Source: Eledone cirrhosa
Taxonomy: Eukaryota
Direction: 5' to 3'
Length of the DNA stretch: 64,000 nt
Assembly (NCBI GenBank): GCA_964016885.1
Contig: OZ024761.1
Span: forward strand, 12,276,001 to 12,340,000
The number at the start of each line of letters is the position of its first letter. The stretch's first letter is position 1. The notes under the pieces were generated by a model, which saw only the letters and a program-made list of their open reading frames with translations, did not search any database and was not told the origin of the DNA. The position numbers were made by a program, and so were the translations under genes. Positions 15,206-34,710 of this stretch are shown in pieces.

Positions 15206-16410
15206 CACTCAATAGGGTATATATATATATATATGTTATATATATATTATATATATATATGATATGTTATATATATATATGTTATATATATATTATATAT
15301 GTATGTATATGTTATATACATATATATATATATTTAATATAGAAATGGCTTCTACAGTACTAGAACTGTTTCATTCGAAGGAATCATCAAGAAAGCCAAC
15401 TGCCATTGTGATAAAATAAAGTACCAGTAATACACTGGGATAATTGCTGCCTTGTGCCAAAAGTAGAAACAATTATTATTATTATTATATATTCTTATTT
15501 TTATTTCATTCCTTTTTTGTTTTCTTTCTCTTTCTTTTTCTTCTTCTTCTCTCCCCCACCCCCGGGGTTTCATTCCCTCCTCCACCCTTCTCCATTCTTC
15601 TCACCGACTTTCGTCTCTCCCACCCCTCCACCACCTCCTCCTTCACCCCCCAGACAGGTTTCAGACTCAATATGTTGAAACTGTGTGTGTGTGTGTCTAT
15701 TATATATGTATGTATGTATCTGTGTATGTATGTATGGATATATGTATGTATGTGTCTATTATGTATTATATGTATATATATATATGTGTATGTTTGTATG
15801 TCTGTCTGCCTGTATGTATGTATGTATGTATATATATATATGTATGTATGTATATGTGTGTATGTATGTATATATATATATATATATGTATCTGTCTGTA
15901 TGTATGTATATATATGTCTGTATGTATGACCCCTTAGCCTCCGGGAGAGATGACCCCTTAGCCTCCAGGAGAGATGACCCCTTAGCCTTTGTCAAGGCAG
16001 CATTCTAGGAGAAGGAAAACTCTGATATAACACCTGCAACCCTGATGGTATCCAATGATGTTGACTTGTTCTTCTTTTTGGTAAATATCATCTTGGTTAA
16101 GAGAGTGGGACTGGCTTTGTGCAGTGCCTTTGCTCACTATAAAAGCTTCACGGCACAGGCATTGCTTTATATCTGGAGATCTCTCTGCACTTGTCGTCAC
16201 ATGGTACCATGGGCCCAGCACTATGTGTCAATAATTGTCACAAGTGTAGTGTCTGTACCAGAGTTTTCAAGTCACTGGCTGGACTAAAAAGTCACACTCG
16301 TTCAGCACATCGGTAGGGGTTCTCCTACATGGATATAAAGTAGTGGCCGTACTCGAAAACGAGTTGGCAGCCACCATATATATATATATATATATGTATC
16401 TGTCTGTCAG

Positions 16411-16452
<42 letters not shown>

Positions 16453-16481
16453 AGAACAAAAGAAGGTTAAAAGAGTTCCAT

Positions 16482-16553
16482 GTATTTTATTATGCGCATT
16501 TCAAAAACAAACATCATCATGCAATAATATTTGTGTTTTCATCAGATAACACA
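16482..16553 (-). ncRNA. Minimal type I hammerhead ribozyme
   Basis: Minus strand: gtgttat-CTGATGA-aaacacaaatattatt..gatgatgtttgttttt-GAAA-tgcgca-TA-ataa. GU-rich stem II and palindromic stem III. Confidence 0.75.
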
Positions 16554-16737
16554 GGAAGACATGATATGAAGGTTAAAAAACACTTGTGGATAGTGCAGTT
16601 TTAAATCAACATATGAGAAGTAGTTTTAGATTGATGTGTGATATTGGGGGGAATATTTTATTTTGAGGGGGGGGGGGAGAAGAGGAGGAGATGAGGAGAA
16701 GCATTGCTTTATTGTACTACAATAAAACTCACCTCCT

Positions 16738-19488
<2,751 letters not shown>

Positions 19489-20568
19489 AATGAGAACCTT
19501 AAATATGTAAATACGAGTTCTAACCATCCACTCTCTATAATTAAATCCATCCCTAGAAATGTTTCTCTTAGAATCTCCCGCCTATCGTCCAACCAACAAA
19601 CCTTCAAAGAACATGCCGAGTATTATGATGATGCACTTAGGAAAGCCGGTCACCTAGATAATATAGAGTATATAGTCAATGATCACCAAAACACCCAAAA
19701 TAAATCACATAAGAGTAGAAATAGCACAGAATCACCACCATACATACACTACCGCAATAGACACAATAATAGTCGCACACCACCAAACAGAAGGCGATGT
19801 AAGGAGTATATCTGGTACAACCCGGTCTATAACAAATCTATTAAAACCAATCTACCCTCAAAATTCTTTCGATTAGTTAGAAAACACTTTCCAACATCAC
19901 ATAAATATAATAAAATCTTAAACCCTAACACCATCCGACTTTCATATTCAACCGCCCCTAATATTGAACAACATATAAAAATGCTTAACGCAAAACGGTT
20001 GTATAAACGCCTTCCAACACATAACAATACACGTAAAACATTAGCTATAACATCACAAAACAACAAACAACATCCTGTCCTACATAAGCAACCTCATCAA
20101 CCCATCCATGGCAATACAACAACGCAAAATTGTAATTGCAACTGTGTCCAACCAGGAATGTGTCCGTTGAACAATCAGTGTCTTGAACGCAACATCGTAT
20201 ACAAATGTACTATCGAATCGGATAGACAGAAGTGGTACTATGTGGGATCTACAGCCACCTCCTTTAAATCACGCCTTTATAGACATCGTTATTCGATAAA
20301 ACATGAAAACCAGCGTTATGTAACAACACTCGCAGACAAGGCTTGGCAGCTGCGTGAAAATAACCAACAATTTCACCTAAAATGGGATATAATAGCGACT
20401 GCCCCCCCATATTCCAATGGACAGGAATTTTGTAGATTATGTAATGTAGAATTATTTTGTATTATGAAATCCAAAAACATTTTATTAAATAACAGAATAG
20501 AGCGATCGTTATACTGTAACCATCGCTTAAAATCTACATTTTCATATTATAAATACTACCAGGATTGA
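19489..20568 (+). CDS. Second PLE: RT thumb, Cys-rich linker and GIY-YIG endonuclease (5'-truncated, open frame)
   Basis: [23 protein letters not shown]...CPLNNQC..NIVYKC...YVGST..FKSR..RH and CRLCNVE. The 5' end is fused to (TA)n. Confidence 0.88.
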   Translation, partial: NENLKYVNTSSNHPLSIIKSIPRNVSLRISRLSSNQQTFKEHAEYYDDALRKAGHLDNIEYIVNDHQNTQNKSHKSRNSTESPPYIHYRNRHNNSRTPPNRRRCKEYIWYNPVYNKSIKTNLPSKFFRLVRKHFPTSHKYNKILNPNTIRLSYSTAPNIEQHIKMLNAKRLYKRLPTHNNTRKTLAITSQNNKQHPVLHKQPHQPIHGNTTTQNCNCNCVQPGMCPLNNQCLERNIVYKCTIESDRQKWYYVGSTATSFKSRLYRHRYSIKHENQRYVTTLADKAWQLRENNQQFHLKWDIIATAPPYSNGQEFCRLCNVELFCIMKSKNILLNNRIERSLYCNHRLKSTFSYYKYYQD

Positions 20569-20785
20569 ACGCCTGTCTCTATCCCCGTTTGATTGTCAAA
20601 ATAGATATGAACATTCTTTATTAGTCTTAATTCTATCAACTCTTCTATTATTTACCTTTTAATACAAACTGCTATAGATAAAATGAGATTTCTGATTTTT
20701 TGATTCAATTCCCTAATGCAAATACCAGCTGACTACTAGCATTGATGTTATTTAGTAGCAATCGAAATCTCCCCCTTCCCCAATT

Positions 20786-21921
<1,136 letters not shown>

Positions 21922-22418
21922 CAGAATTAGCCGTCGAAACGGCTTGAGCTCAGCTGTCGGGGTCTTACTGGTTCCTATATATATATATATGTAAGTGTTG
22001 AAGTTTCCATTGAAAAAGTCAGAGCAATGAAGAGTGCTCTATGTAAGTTACAGAGCTAAATATTTAATGTATAATAAACAATACAATATAATTACCTCGT
22101 TAACAGAGGTTTCCCGAATAAGACGGATACAAGAAATATTTTATTTTTTATTTAGTCCAGAATTAGCCGTCGAAACGGCTTGAGCTCTGCCGTCGGGGTC
22201 ACACTTGTTCCTATATATATATATATATAGGGATTGTAATGTCCGGTTATTGTACGTTCACCAGAGTGAGCACTTGATGTATAGTTTCCAGAGGTCAGAC
22301 GAGCTTTTGATTCCAGAGTCAGGCCAGATCAATACAGATTGAACCTTGATCTGATCAATAGCTAAACACGTGTCTCCGATCAATAAATGTAATAAAGACA
22401 TAACAAATCATCCTTTAA

Positions 22419-22836
22419 TTATTATTGTTCTTTGAGTCTCAGTCATTGATGTTATTTAACTGGAAAGTTTGTTGAAATGAATATCAAGCCGCTTCCTGCA
22501 GCCTCAGATATTCAGGACGTATCGGAGGGTTGTTGCTGTTCCCAGCAAGCATGTCTTTTGAAGTGTTCCAAAAAGCGGGGCTGGACTAATCTTCTTTAAC
22601 CATCCTTGAAACCTCTACGAGATAGTATCTAGAGCTCCTATGACAATCGGGACGACCTTGATTTCATGGCAGTCCCAAAACCTTTTTAACTCCGACTTTC
22701 AATCCTGCTATCGGTTAATTTTCTCCCTCTCCTTTTCTTGCACCCTTGTGTCAAATGGGCAGGCTACATCTACAATCAAGCATGATCTTTTTTCCTTGTC
22801 CAAAACCACCAGGTCAGGTCTATTGTGTTCTAATTT
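22419..22836 (-). mobile_element. R4/Dong-like non-LTR element 3' fragment (restriction-like endonuclease)
   Basis: HNRPDLVVLDK...IVDVACPFD...EK, then VVPIVIGAL and LQKTCLLGTA. Flanked by (AAT)n. Confidence 0.8.
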
Positions 22837-22859
22837 CTTCTTATTATTATTATTGTTAT

Positions 22860-22905
<46 letters not shown>

Positions 22906-22991
22906 ATAATAATAAATTTGAAGACTAAAATCCAACAAGGGCTCGATAAGGATAAATATATATCAAATATATAAGAACCCTAGAGCAAATA

Positions 22992-23080
<89 letters not shown>

Positions 23081-23633
23081 CACACTGTAAAGTGGACATG
23101 TAGGCGCCACGGCAAAAAAGCACCCAACACTCACTGTAAATAAGGTTGGTGTTAGGAAGGGCATCCAGCTGTAGAAATCAAGCCAGAATCAGTTCCTGTA
23201 TGAGCAAGACAAGGTCAGCCGACCTGGCATTGTCTATAACAGGACAACCTGTCTAACCCATGCTAGCGTGGAAGAATGGACATAAAATGGTGATGATGAT
23301 GATATATGTATATATATTGCTGAATAAGACCCGTCCCACCCTTGCAAGAGCGGATGTAAAATGATGATGATGATGATGATAATGATGATATATATATATA
23401 TATATATATATATTTATTACAATAACAGATTAAAGTTTAAGCAAAGAATCGCTGCTTTTACCCTTAACGGGATCTTCTGAAAGAGTTTCAGAAGATCCCG
23501 TTAAGGATCTTTAAACTTTAATCTGTTATTTTAATAAATATTTGCTCTACGGTTCTTATATATTTGATATATATTTATCCTTATTGAGCCCTCTTTGGAT
23601 TTTAGTCTTCAAATTTATTATTATTACTATATA

Positions 23634-23970
23634 TGGAGGCACATGGCTTACTGATTAGAGCATTTGCCTTGCAATTGAAAGGTTGTGAGTTCAATTCTCA
23701 GACCGGGTGATGTGTTGTTTCCTTGAGCAAGACACTTTATTTCACATTGCTCCAGTTTACTCAGCTGTAGAAATGAGATGATAGGGACTGGGGTTCCTAT
23801 CATTCCACTGCAAAGTGGTCGTGGAGGTGCCACGGCAAAAAAAAGCACCCAGCACTCACTGTAAATGAGGTTGGTGTTAGGAAGGGCATCCAGCTGTAGA
23901 AGTCAAGCCAGAATCAGTTCCCATCCCACCCTTGCAAGCAGGGAAAGGTGGACTTAAAATGAAAAATGAT
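23634..23970 (+). mobile_element. tRNA-derived SINE (family 1)
   Basis: Matches 1323-1667. Confidence 0.85.
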
Positions 23971-24347
23971 ATATATATATATCATCATCATCATCCTCAT
24001 CATTTTACGTCCGCTCTTCCCTGCTCGCAAGGGTGGGACGGGTCTTATTCAGCACAGCATCTCTTCTCTCGTCACGGTCCTTCGTGCTGGTGGCACGAAT
24101 AAAAGCACCCAGTCCATGCTGTAAAGTGGCGCTGGTGTTAGGAAGGGCATCCAACCAGTGTATCAATGCCAAAACTCTTATCAGCACAGCAACAAATATA
24201 TATATATATATATATATGGAAAGTTATATTTAAATTGTTGGGTTAACAACGAGTAAATATTTATAACTGATATAAAAGCACTCAACAAGTATTTGGAGTA
24301 TATTTATGATATTAAATAAATGGAAACTATATTTATAAAACCATATT

Positions 24348-24413
24348 TATTTCGTTATATATATTTCAGGGATATCATATTAACAATATGTTATGCCTTC
24401 TTCAGACAAAATA
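24348..24413 (-). ncRNA. Minimal hammerhead ribozyme (left arm of the 24305-24670 palindrome)
   Basis: Reverse complement of 24563-24628 with one wobble change in stem I. Confidence 0.75.
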
Positions 24414-24562
24414 CAATATAAACAGTCTTATAAATAAATAGATACGACATACCTTTCAATCACCTTGCATTTGGGAGGTTGATTTGGCAGTGATCAACCT
24501 CCCAAATGCAAGGTGATTGAAAGGTATGTCGTATCTATTTATTTATAAGACTGTTTATATTG

Positions 24563-24628
24563 TATTTTGTCTGAAGAAGGCATAACATATTGTTAATATG
24601 ATATCCCTGAAATATATATAACAAAATA
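24563..24628 (+). ncRNA. Minimal type I hammerhead ribozyme
   Basis: TATTTTGT-CTGAAGA-agg..catattgttaatatg..cct-GAAA-tatata-TA-ACAAAATA, with a perfect 8-bp stem I. Confidence 0.8.
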
Positions 24629-24665
24629 AATATGGTTTTATAAATATAGTTTCCATTTATTTAAT

Positions 24666-24735
<70 letters not shown>

Positions 24736-24859
24736 AACATAAACGCGGGAGTGTGTGTGTGTGTGTATGGTGGTGGGGGGTGATAGTTTAATTCTACGTG
24801 AATATATACTCTTTTTTTTTTTTTAAATAAGGAAATATAGGAATAGGCAGATAGACAAA

Positions 24860-26490
<1,631 letters not shown>

Positions 26491-26655
26491 GTGTGTGATT
26501 TACATTCACCCACTTTTCTCTTGCACTGAAATGACCGGCCTTCAAAATCCCGTTCTATTCACTATCAGATTCTAGCACAATAAAGTAAAACAGTTGCCTG
26601 CTTTGGTATTTCCAACAATGAGATATTCTACCATCACCCCCACCACCTCCATACT

Positions 26656-26712
<57 letters not shown>

Positions 26713-27324
26713 AAAATGTATGACCCCGACGGCAGAGCTCAAGCCGTTTCGACGGCTATTTCTGTCGAGAAATAGCCGTCGAAACGGCTTGAGCTCTGCC
26801 GTTGGGGTCATACTTTCTCATATTTCCCACTCTACCACCCTAAGTATTGAGTACTCTGGTGCGTTATGGTCCATCTGGTTCCTTATCACAACTCCTGATA
26901 TATATATATATATCATTATCATCATCATCGTTTAACGTCTATCTTCCACGCTAGCATGGGTTTAGACGGGAATTTTCCCACTTGAGGCAAGATTGGTTGT
27001 CTCGCTCGTATAGGACTGTCTGGCGGGTTTTCTACGGCTGGATGCCCTTCCTAACACCAACCACGTTTACAGTGTGGACTGGGAGGTTTTTACCGTGTTG
27101 CCTACACGGCTACATTACAGCGTGGACTGTGTGTTTTTGTAGTGACACCTACACAACCTAATTCATTTAGGACTGGATGTTGTGGTACCAACATAACTTT
27201 ACATCGAAAAGGGTGGTATTGATGGGGGTAGGGGTCGTGGGATGGGGGTGTATATTTGAGGTGCCTACTGACTGTAGGTTTCAAATTTATAATTACTATA
27301 TATATATATATTTAATATAGAAAT

Positions 27325-27376
27325 GGCTTCTACAGGACTACAACTGTTTCATTTGGGAGAAATCATCAGGAAGACC
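27325..27376 (-). ncRNA. Hammerhead ribozyme motif
   Basis: Minus strand: ggtcttc-CTGATGA-tttctcccaaat-GAAA-cag ttgtagtc ctg-TA-gaagcc. Paralogs at 15346-15398 and ~37615-37660 show attc/gaat versus attt/aaat covariation. Confidence 0.65.
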
Positions 27377-28079
27377 CACTATGTATTTATACTCTGCTAT
27401 GTATTGAGTACCTTACTTACTGTGGTTACCCCCGATTGAACCCGGGATAAACATATATAACTATCTCCCCCTCTTTCTCTCTCTCTCTCTCTTTCTCTAT
27501 GTCTCTCTCTCTATCTCCCTCTCTTTCTCTCTCTATGTCTCTCTCTGTCTCTCTCTCTCTCTATCTATCAATGTATATATATGTGTGTGTGAGTGCGTGT
27601 GTGCATGCTTATGTATGTGTGTGTGAGTGTTCCCCGTCAACAAATGTATACACATTACAACATTCTAATAAAAGTGTGTATACAATTTTTGGGACACCCT
27701 GTATTTATGTATGTGTGTCTGTATGCGTGTGTATTTATGTATTTGTATGTGTGTATATAGATATATATGTGTGTGTGTGTGTGTGTATATATATCTTCAT
27801 GTGTATGTATGTGTTGTCTCTTTCTCTTAATTTTGAGTTTATTTTTTAATGTGTTTCTTAGACTCTGGATCTGCAAACTCTTCACCAATGGCCCGTAGAT
27901 ATCCTCCTTCTCTTATATACTTCTTACTACATTGATGACATCAAGTGGGCAGCTGACATCTACAAAAGAGCATGTTTTTAATATGTTATCCCAAACAACA
28001 ATATCAGGCTGATTGTGCTTTCATTTGGTGGTGGGTTTTTATCTTTATATTTCTCTAATATTCCTGTAGCCATCAGTCA

Positions 28080-28520
28080 CAATTACGCTATGACTTGATC
28101 TGAGGTCATGGTGTGTTGAAACTAAAGCAATTACACTATGACTTGATCTGAGATCATGGTGGTTTAAAACTAAAGCAATTACACTATGACTTGATCTGAG
28201 ATCATGGTGGTTTGAAACTAAAGCAATTACGTCTTGACTTGATCTGAGATCATGGTGGTTTAAAACTAAAGCAATTACACTATGACTTGATCTGAGATCA
28301 TGGTGGTTTGAAACTAAAGCAATTACGTCTTGACTTGATCTGAGATCATGGTGGTTTAAAACTAAAGCAATTACACTATGACTTGATCTGAGATTATGGT
28401 GTGTTGAAACTAAAGCAATTATGTCTTGACTTGATCTGAGATTATGGTGTGTTGAAACTAAAGCAATTATGTCTTGACTTGATCTGAGATCATGGTGGTT
28501 TAAAACTAAAGCAATTACAC
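28080..28520. repeat. 48-bp minisatellite, ~9 copies
   Basis: Unit GCAATTACACTATGACTTGATCTGAGATCATGGTGGTTTAAAACTAAA (starts at 28127, 28175 and so on). Confidence 0.95.
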
Positions 28521-29085
28521 CATGGAAGAATTATTTTAGTCCTAGTTGTACTTGTCTGACAAGGGACTTTGATCAGAGACATTGTATTGAAAGAAAACCA
28601 AAGTAAGTCTGAGTGATGTGGCGTTCATAATCTACTTTAGGTCGTCAGCATTGTAAATAAAGAGTAACTACCTCTACTGAATATCGAAACAGGAATCATT
28701 GATTTGGTATGTAAGTTTGCAGTTAGATAATTAAACATATTCTAAATAGTTTTGTACATTTGACTAGTCCATCACATCCGTATCTCCAACTCTTTCTTCA
28801 GATCACACAAAAGACATTTCACCTGGAGGGTTAAAGATTACTTTTCTAAGTCATCCTTAAATCAATTGATTTTTACACTCCTTAAATTCCTGTTTCAGAA
28901 GACAAAGACTATTTTATGAGTTCTAGAACGAAACAGAAGACAACAGTTCCTTTTATAACAGATCCATTGTAGAAAGAATAACTATTTCAAACCAGTCAGA
29001 TGGCTTCTTCTGTACAAGTACAAGACAGCCGGAAATGAATCATTATAACAAGGGCTCATTCTATTTTGTTTCCGTAAAATACTGC

Positions 29086-29990
29086 AACAACAATAACAAC
29101 ACTAACAATAATATCAACACAAACAACATCAACAATAATAACAATAATAACAATAATAACAACACTAACAACACCAACAACAACACCAACAACACCACCA
29201 CCAACACCAACAACACCACCAACAACAACAACACCAACAACAACAACACCAACAACACCAACAACACCAACACCAACACCAACAACACTAACAACACCAA
29301 CAACAACACCAACAACACCACCACCAACACCAACAACACCACCAACAACAACAACAACAACACCACCAACAACAACAACACCACCACCAACAACAACAAC
29401 ACCAACACCACCAACAACAACAACACCACCAACAACACTAACAACAACACCACCACCACCAACAACACCAACACCACCAACAACAACACCAACAACAAAA
29501 ACACCACCAACAACAACACCACCACCACCAACAACAACACCAACAACAACAACACCAACAACAACAACACCAACAACAACAACACCAACAACAACACCAA
29601 CAACACCACAAAAAAACAACAACACCAACAACAACAATACCAACACCACCAACAACAACAACACCAACAACACCACCACCAACAACAACAACACCAACAA
29701 CACTAACAACACCACCACCAACAACAACAACAACACCACCAACAACAACAACACCAACAACAACACCAACAACAACACCAACAACAACAACACCACCAAC
29801 AACAACAACACCAACATCACCAACACCAACAATACCAACAACAACAATACCAACACCACCAACAACAAAAAACACCAGCACCAGCACCACCACCAACAAC
29901 AATAATAACAACAACAACAACAACACCAGCACCACCACCACCAACAACAACAATAACAACAATAAAAACAACACCAACAATAAGAACATA
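29086..29990. repeat. (AAC)/(ACC) trinucleotide microsatellite
   Basis: Directly visible. Confidence 0.95.
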
Positions 29991-30483
29991 ATTATTCTGT
30001 TTTTATTTCCAGCCTTTTACCCCAATCTACACCTGTGTGTAGTTTTCAATAAATTCTTATGGAAATACTTTTTCTTAATTCAGAATTTAGCATTGTCCAG
30101 TGTATTTTACTTGTATTTCTCAAATAGACGTATCTGTGTTGCTGTATTGAATGTGAATAATAAAGAAACCCAGTATAGAGCATGGGCGGATAAGGAGAAC
30201 AATGTAGAAGTGTGGTGGTGGTGTTGGTGGAGGCAGGAATGAAGTGAGGTTATTGTTTAAAGGGTTTATTGTGTGAAGGTGGCAAGGAGTGGCAGGAATC
30301 GAGGTGATGTTAAAAAATCCAGGAAAAATGTCACAGGAGAAAAACTCCATTTTATTTCGATCTTTCAGTATCGTATTTCCTGTTATTTGAAAATAATCAG
30401 AAATTTTGAGGGATTTAGTTATATAACTAACTTTCTCATTATTAAGCTGATGTTTTTTTGGAACATAACTTAATAAATAAAGT

Positions 30484-31035
30484 GTGTAGCTCAGAGATCA
30501 AAGAGTCACTCCAGGTAGAGCTGCTACTTCTCCGAATTGAGAGATCACAGCTCCGATACTACAGGCTTGTGGTTAGAGTGTCTTAGGAAAGAATGTGTAG
30601 CTTGGAGATCAAAGAGTCACTCCAGGTAGAGCTGCTACTTCTCCGAATTGAGAGATCACAGCTCCGATACTACAGGCTTGTGGTTAGAGTGTCTCAGGAA
30701 AGAATGTGTAGCTTGGAGATCAGAGAGTCACTCCAGGTAGAGCTGCTACTTCTCCGAATTGAGAGATCACAGCTCCGATACTACAGGCTTGTGGTTAGAA
30801 TGTCTCAGGAAAGAATCGTTGGACAGATTTTACAGGCAAAACCAACTGGCAGGAGACCCAGGGGTAGACCCTGAGCAAGATGGTTGGATAACATCCATGA
30901 ACTTGGCTGGTCACACTTGGGGATCCAGCCAGATCAGAGACGGTTTCTTCTGACAGGACCTACTGGAAGGAGTGTTTGAGGACTCTGCCCCCACGACCCT
31001 TTCAGGAATAAGTGGGTGAAGAAGAAGAAGAAGAA
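30484..31035 (+). mobile_element. RTE-type LINE 3' end with 3x111-bp tandem duplication and (GAA)n tail
   Basis: IRESLQVELLLLRIERSQLRYY...PTGRRPRGRP. Units start at 30484, 30595 and 30706. Confidence 0.8.
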
Positions 31036-31724
31036 CTTAACAAAGGTTCTTATATAAAATTTGAATACGAAACTGTTTGTTTTAAAGTGTTTATATTTAT
31101 GTAAGAACCTTCCATCATAATTTCATACAAGAACCTTTGTTAAGTCATGTTCCAAACATCAACTTTCCCATTTTTATGGTATTTAAATAAAATGAAACTT
31201 TCTCTCTGTTATGTTTTTATTCCTGAAATTCATAATTACAGGTAACTTAATTATTCTGTTGTTTTCATCAAGTAAAAGAGTGATAGACTGGCAGTAATTG
31301 GTAGAGGGTCGGACGCCATGCTTTGCAGCATAGACGTACGTCCCTTTGGGTTCTGAGTTGAAAGCTCACTAAGGTTCACTTTGCCAATTCCTTTACAAGG
31401 GTTATGTCGAGTTGAGACTATGGCAAATAAGACTTGCCCAAGGGGTCACCACATGATATCAAACCCAGAAGCATAATATTACGATTCATGGGATCCATTA
31501 GATGAGACCTGGTGGAGTGTCCTTTACACTTGGACTACAGCAGAGGCTTTCAAAGTGAGTTCCACAGAACTGAAGAGTTCCGCAAAAGAGTGTCTAGGGT
31601 TCTGTGTTTGGAAAAAGTTTGGGGAAACCCTTGGGTAAGAGGTATGTACCTCTTACCTTAATGAAATGCTGCCATCAACCTCTTGTATCAGATATTGCTA
31701 CAGAGTGGGATACATATGTATATA

Positions 31725-32150
31725 TATATATATATATTATATATACAATTTATATGTATATAATATATATATACAATTTATATGTATATAATATATATAT
31801 ATACAATTTATATGTATATAATATATATATATACAATTTATATGTATATAATATATATATACAATTTATATATATATAATATATATATACAATTTATATG
31901 TATATAATATATATATACAATTTATATGTATATAATATATATATATACAATTTATATGTATATAATATATATATACAATTTATATGTATATAATATATAT
32001 ATACAATTTATATGTATATAATATATATATATATACAATTTATATGTATATAATATATATATATACAATTTATATGTATATAATATATATATACAATTTA
32101 TATATATATATATAATATATACATACAATATATATATATATATAATATAT
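31725..32150. repeat. AT-rich minisatellite (~26-30 bp, ACAATTTATATGTATATA..)
   Basis: Directly visible. Confidence 0.9.
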
Positions 32151-33109
32151 ATAATAATTAATTTTATTTTATTTTATTTCATTTTATTTTGAAAGTCTGG
32201 GGTTCAATCCTGGCCAGGAGATACATGGAGGTGGATTCGAGTAGTCTTTTTCAATTTTCCTTTTACATCTCTTAGGAAAAATCTGGTAAAGTTTAGTGAG
32301 AATCCCAATGTGTATTTATTTTATTTTAATTTAATTTTTAATTTTATTTAATTTTACATCACAGCCATTTATCAGTACGTGTCTTCCTGAGAAAGAGAGA
32401 CAGAGATACACACACACATTCATGTATGTATATCTACATACACACTTATCTATATATTTACATTTAAAATTATATATATATACATATATACATATATATC
32501 TTTCTATATATGTAAATACTTTGGTCACAGTAGCGTAATGTAAATTACTCGGTCTCTTCATTTCTTAAAATGTCCCCAAAATAAGTGATATATATATATA
32601 TATATATATTAGAAATAACAGCCAAATGCCAGAGAAGAAGAGAAAATGAGGCGTACATGTTAAAAACAGCAGTTAAATTCCCAAAGACTTGTAGAAAAAC
32701 GAAGGACGTGTGTAACAACGTGCTAGAAATAGCAACGAAAGGTCTGCAAACGACAGAAAAGTGAAGATTTTCAAGGGAGATGACAAGTATCTGACTTAAA
32801 TGTAGATAGTTGCTTCCCTTAGGTCTTAAAATTTATAAGAAAAAAAGCAGTTCATATTATACACAGCGATATATACAAGGATTTTTATATATTTACATTA
32901 AAAGCCCTGTGCTATTAAGTTAGACATGACTGGCCAAAGCGCAGAGGCGGTACCCTAGCCAATAGGGGTTATCAGAGGCGTGGTTATTTCTAGTTGAAAA
33001 CTATAAACTAAAAGGTAAACAGAAATAACAACACAATCGGTACAGTATTTGGAAGGAATATATTAGTTTAACGCTTGAAATAGCAGGAAGCTGATTGAAC
33101 CGGGGATGT

Positions 33110-34170
33110 ACACACACACATATATATGTATATATATATATATATATGTATATATATAATGTATATATATATATATATATATGATGTATATATATATATA
33201 TAATGTGTATATATATATATAATGTATATATATATATAATGTATATATATATAATGTGTATATATATATATAATGTGTATATATATATATACACATATAT
33301 ATAATGTATATATATATATATAATGTATATATATATATATATAATGTATATATATATATATATAATGTGTATATATATATACATATATATATATAATGTA
33401 TATATATATATATAATGTATATATAATGCACATATATATATATATAATGCACATATATATATATATATAATGTATATATATATACATATATATATAGTGT
33501 ATATATATATATATATAATGTATATATACATTATATAAAATAGAGAGAGGGGAGATGAGAGAAACAAGAGAGAGGAGATGAGAGTGAGAGAAACGAGAGA
33601 GAGGGGTGAGAGTGATGGGAGAAACGAGTGGGAGAGATGGAAGAAACGGGAGAGAGAGGGAGAGGGGTGGGAGAAACGAGAGAGATGAGAGATGAGAGAA
33701 ACAAAAGAAGGGGGAGATGAGAGTGAGAGGGGTGGGAGAAACGAGAGAGAAAGAGAGATGAGGAGAGAGAGGGAGATGGGAGAAACAAGAGCGAGAGGGA
33801 GAGGAGAGAAACAAGAGAGGGAAGATGAGAGAAACAAAAGAGAGGGGAGAGAGAGATGTGAGGGGTGAGAGAAACGAGAGAGAGAGAGGGGTGAGAGAAA
33901 CATGAGAGAGAGAAAGAGAGATGAGGAGAGAGAGGGAGAGAGGGGTGTTGAGAGAAACAAGAGAGGGAAGATAAGAGAATGAGAAAGAAATGAGAGAATC
34001 AAGAGAGAGAGAGAGAGATGAGAGAAACAAGAGAGAAATGAAAGAAATATATATATGTATATATATATACATGTATATATATATATACATATATTTATAT
34101 ATATGGATATATACATGTATATATATATATATATATATAAATGTTAGTATATATATATATATATATATAA
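33110..34170. repeat. (TA)-rich and GA-rich low-complexity repeats
   Basis: Directly visible; GAGAAAC(A/G)AGAG recurs through 33555-34035. Confidence 0.85.
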
Positions 34171-34669
34171 TGGTGTGTTCACCTATTAAAAATCCACAAA
34201 ATACTTTTAATATTGTCGTTTTCGTCCATAGCAAGTGTTGTTTCGAAATAATTTTTGCGATTAAGTAAATACAGAGTTATCGTTCTTGAGATTTCGGCTC
34301 GGAGAAATTTAAGGAACTGATGTCGCTAAATCGCCAAATCATTTACCTGCCCCGTTGCCTCATGGGAGGGTAATGGCTGCCTTTTATTTTTTAAACGATG
34401 GCAGATTCTTTAGTTTCTTTCGCAGCATCTTTTTCCTTGTTTCATATAAGTAAATAATTAAAACATTTTGGCGAGAAAGATATTAAACAGACTGCCATGG
34501 TTTTCGAAAAATAAAAGGCAGCCATTACCCTCCCATGATGCAACGGGGGCAGGTAAATGATTTGGCGATTTAGCGACATCAGTTCCTTAAATTTCCCTGA
34601 GCCGAAATCTCCAGAACGATAACTCCGTCTTTACTTAATCGCAAAAATGGGTGCAAAAATTATTTCGAA
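34168..34669. mobile_element. MITE-like non-autonomous DNA element with long inverted arms
   Basis: 34242-34392 is inverted at 34507-34669. A homologous left end lies at 42958-43190. Confidence 0.7.
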
Positions 34670-34710
34670 TTTCTTAGTAATTATTTGTATATACTTACAT
34701 TGTTTGCATA

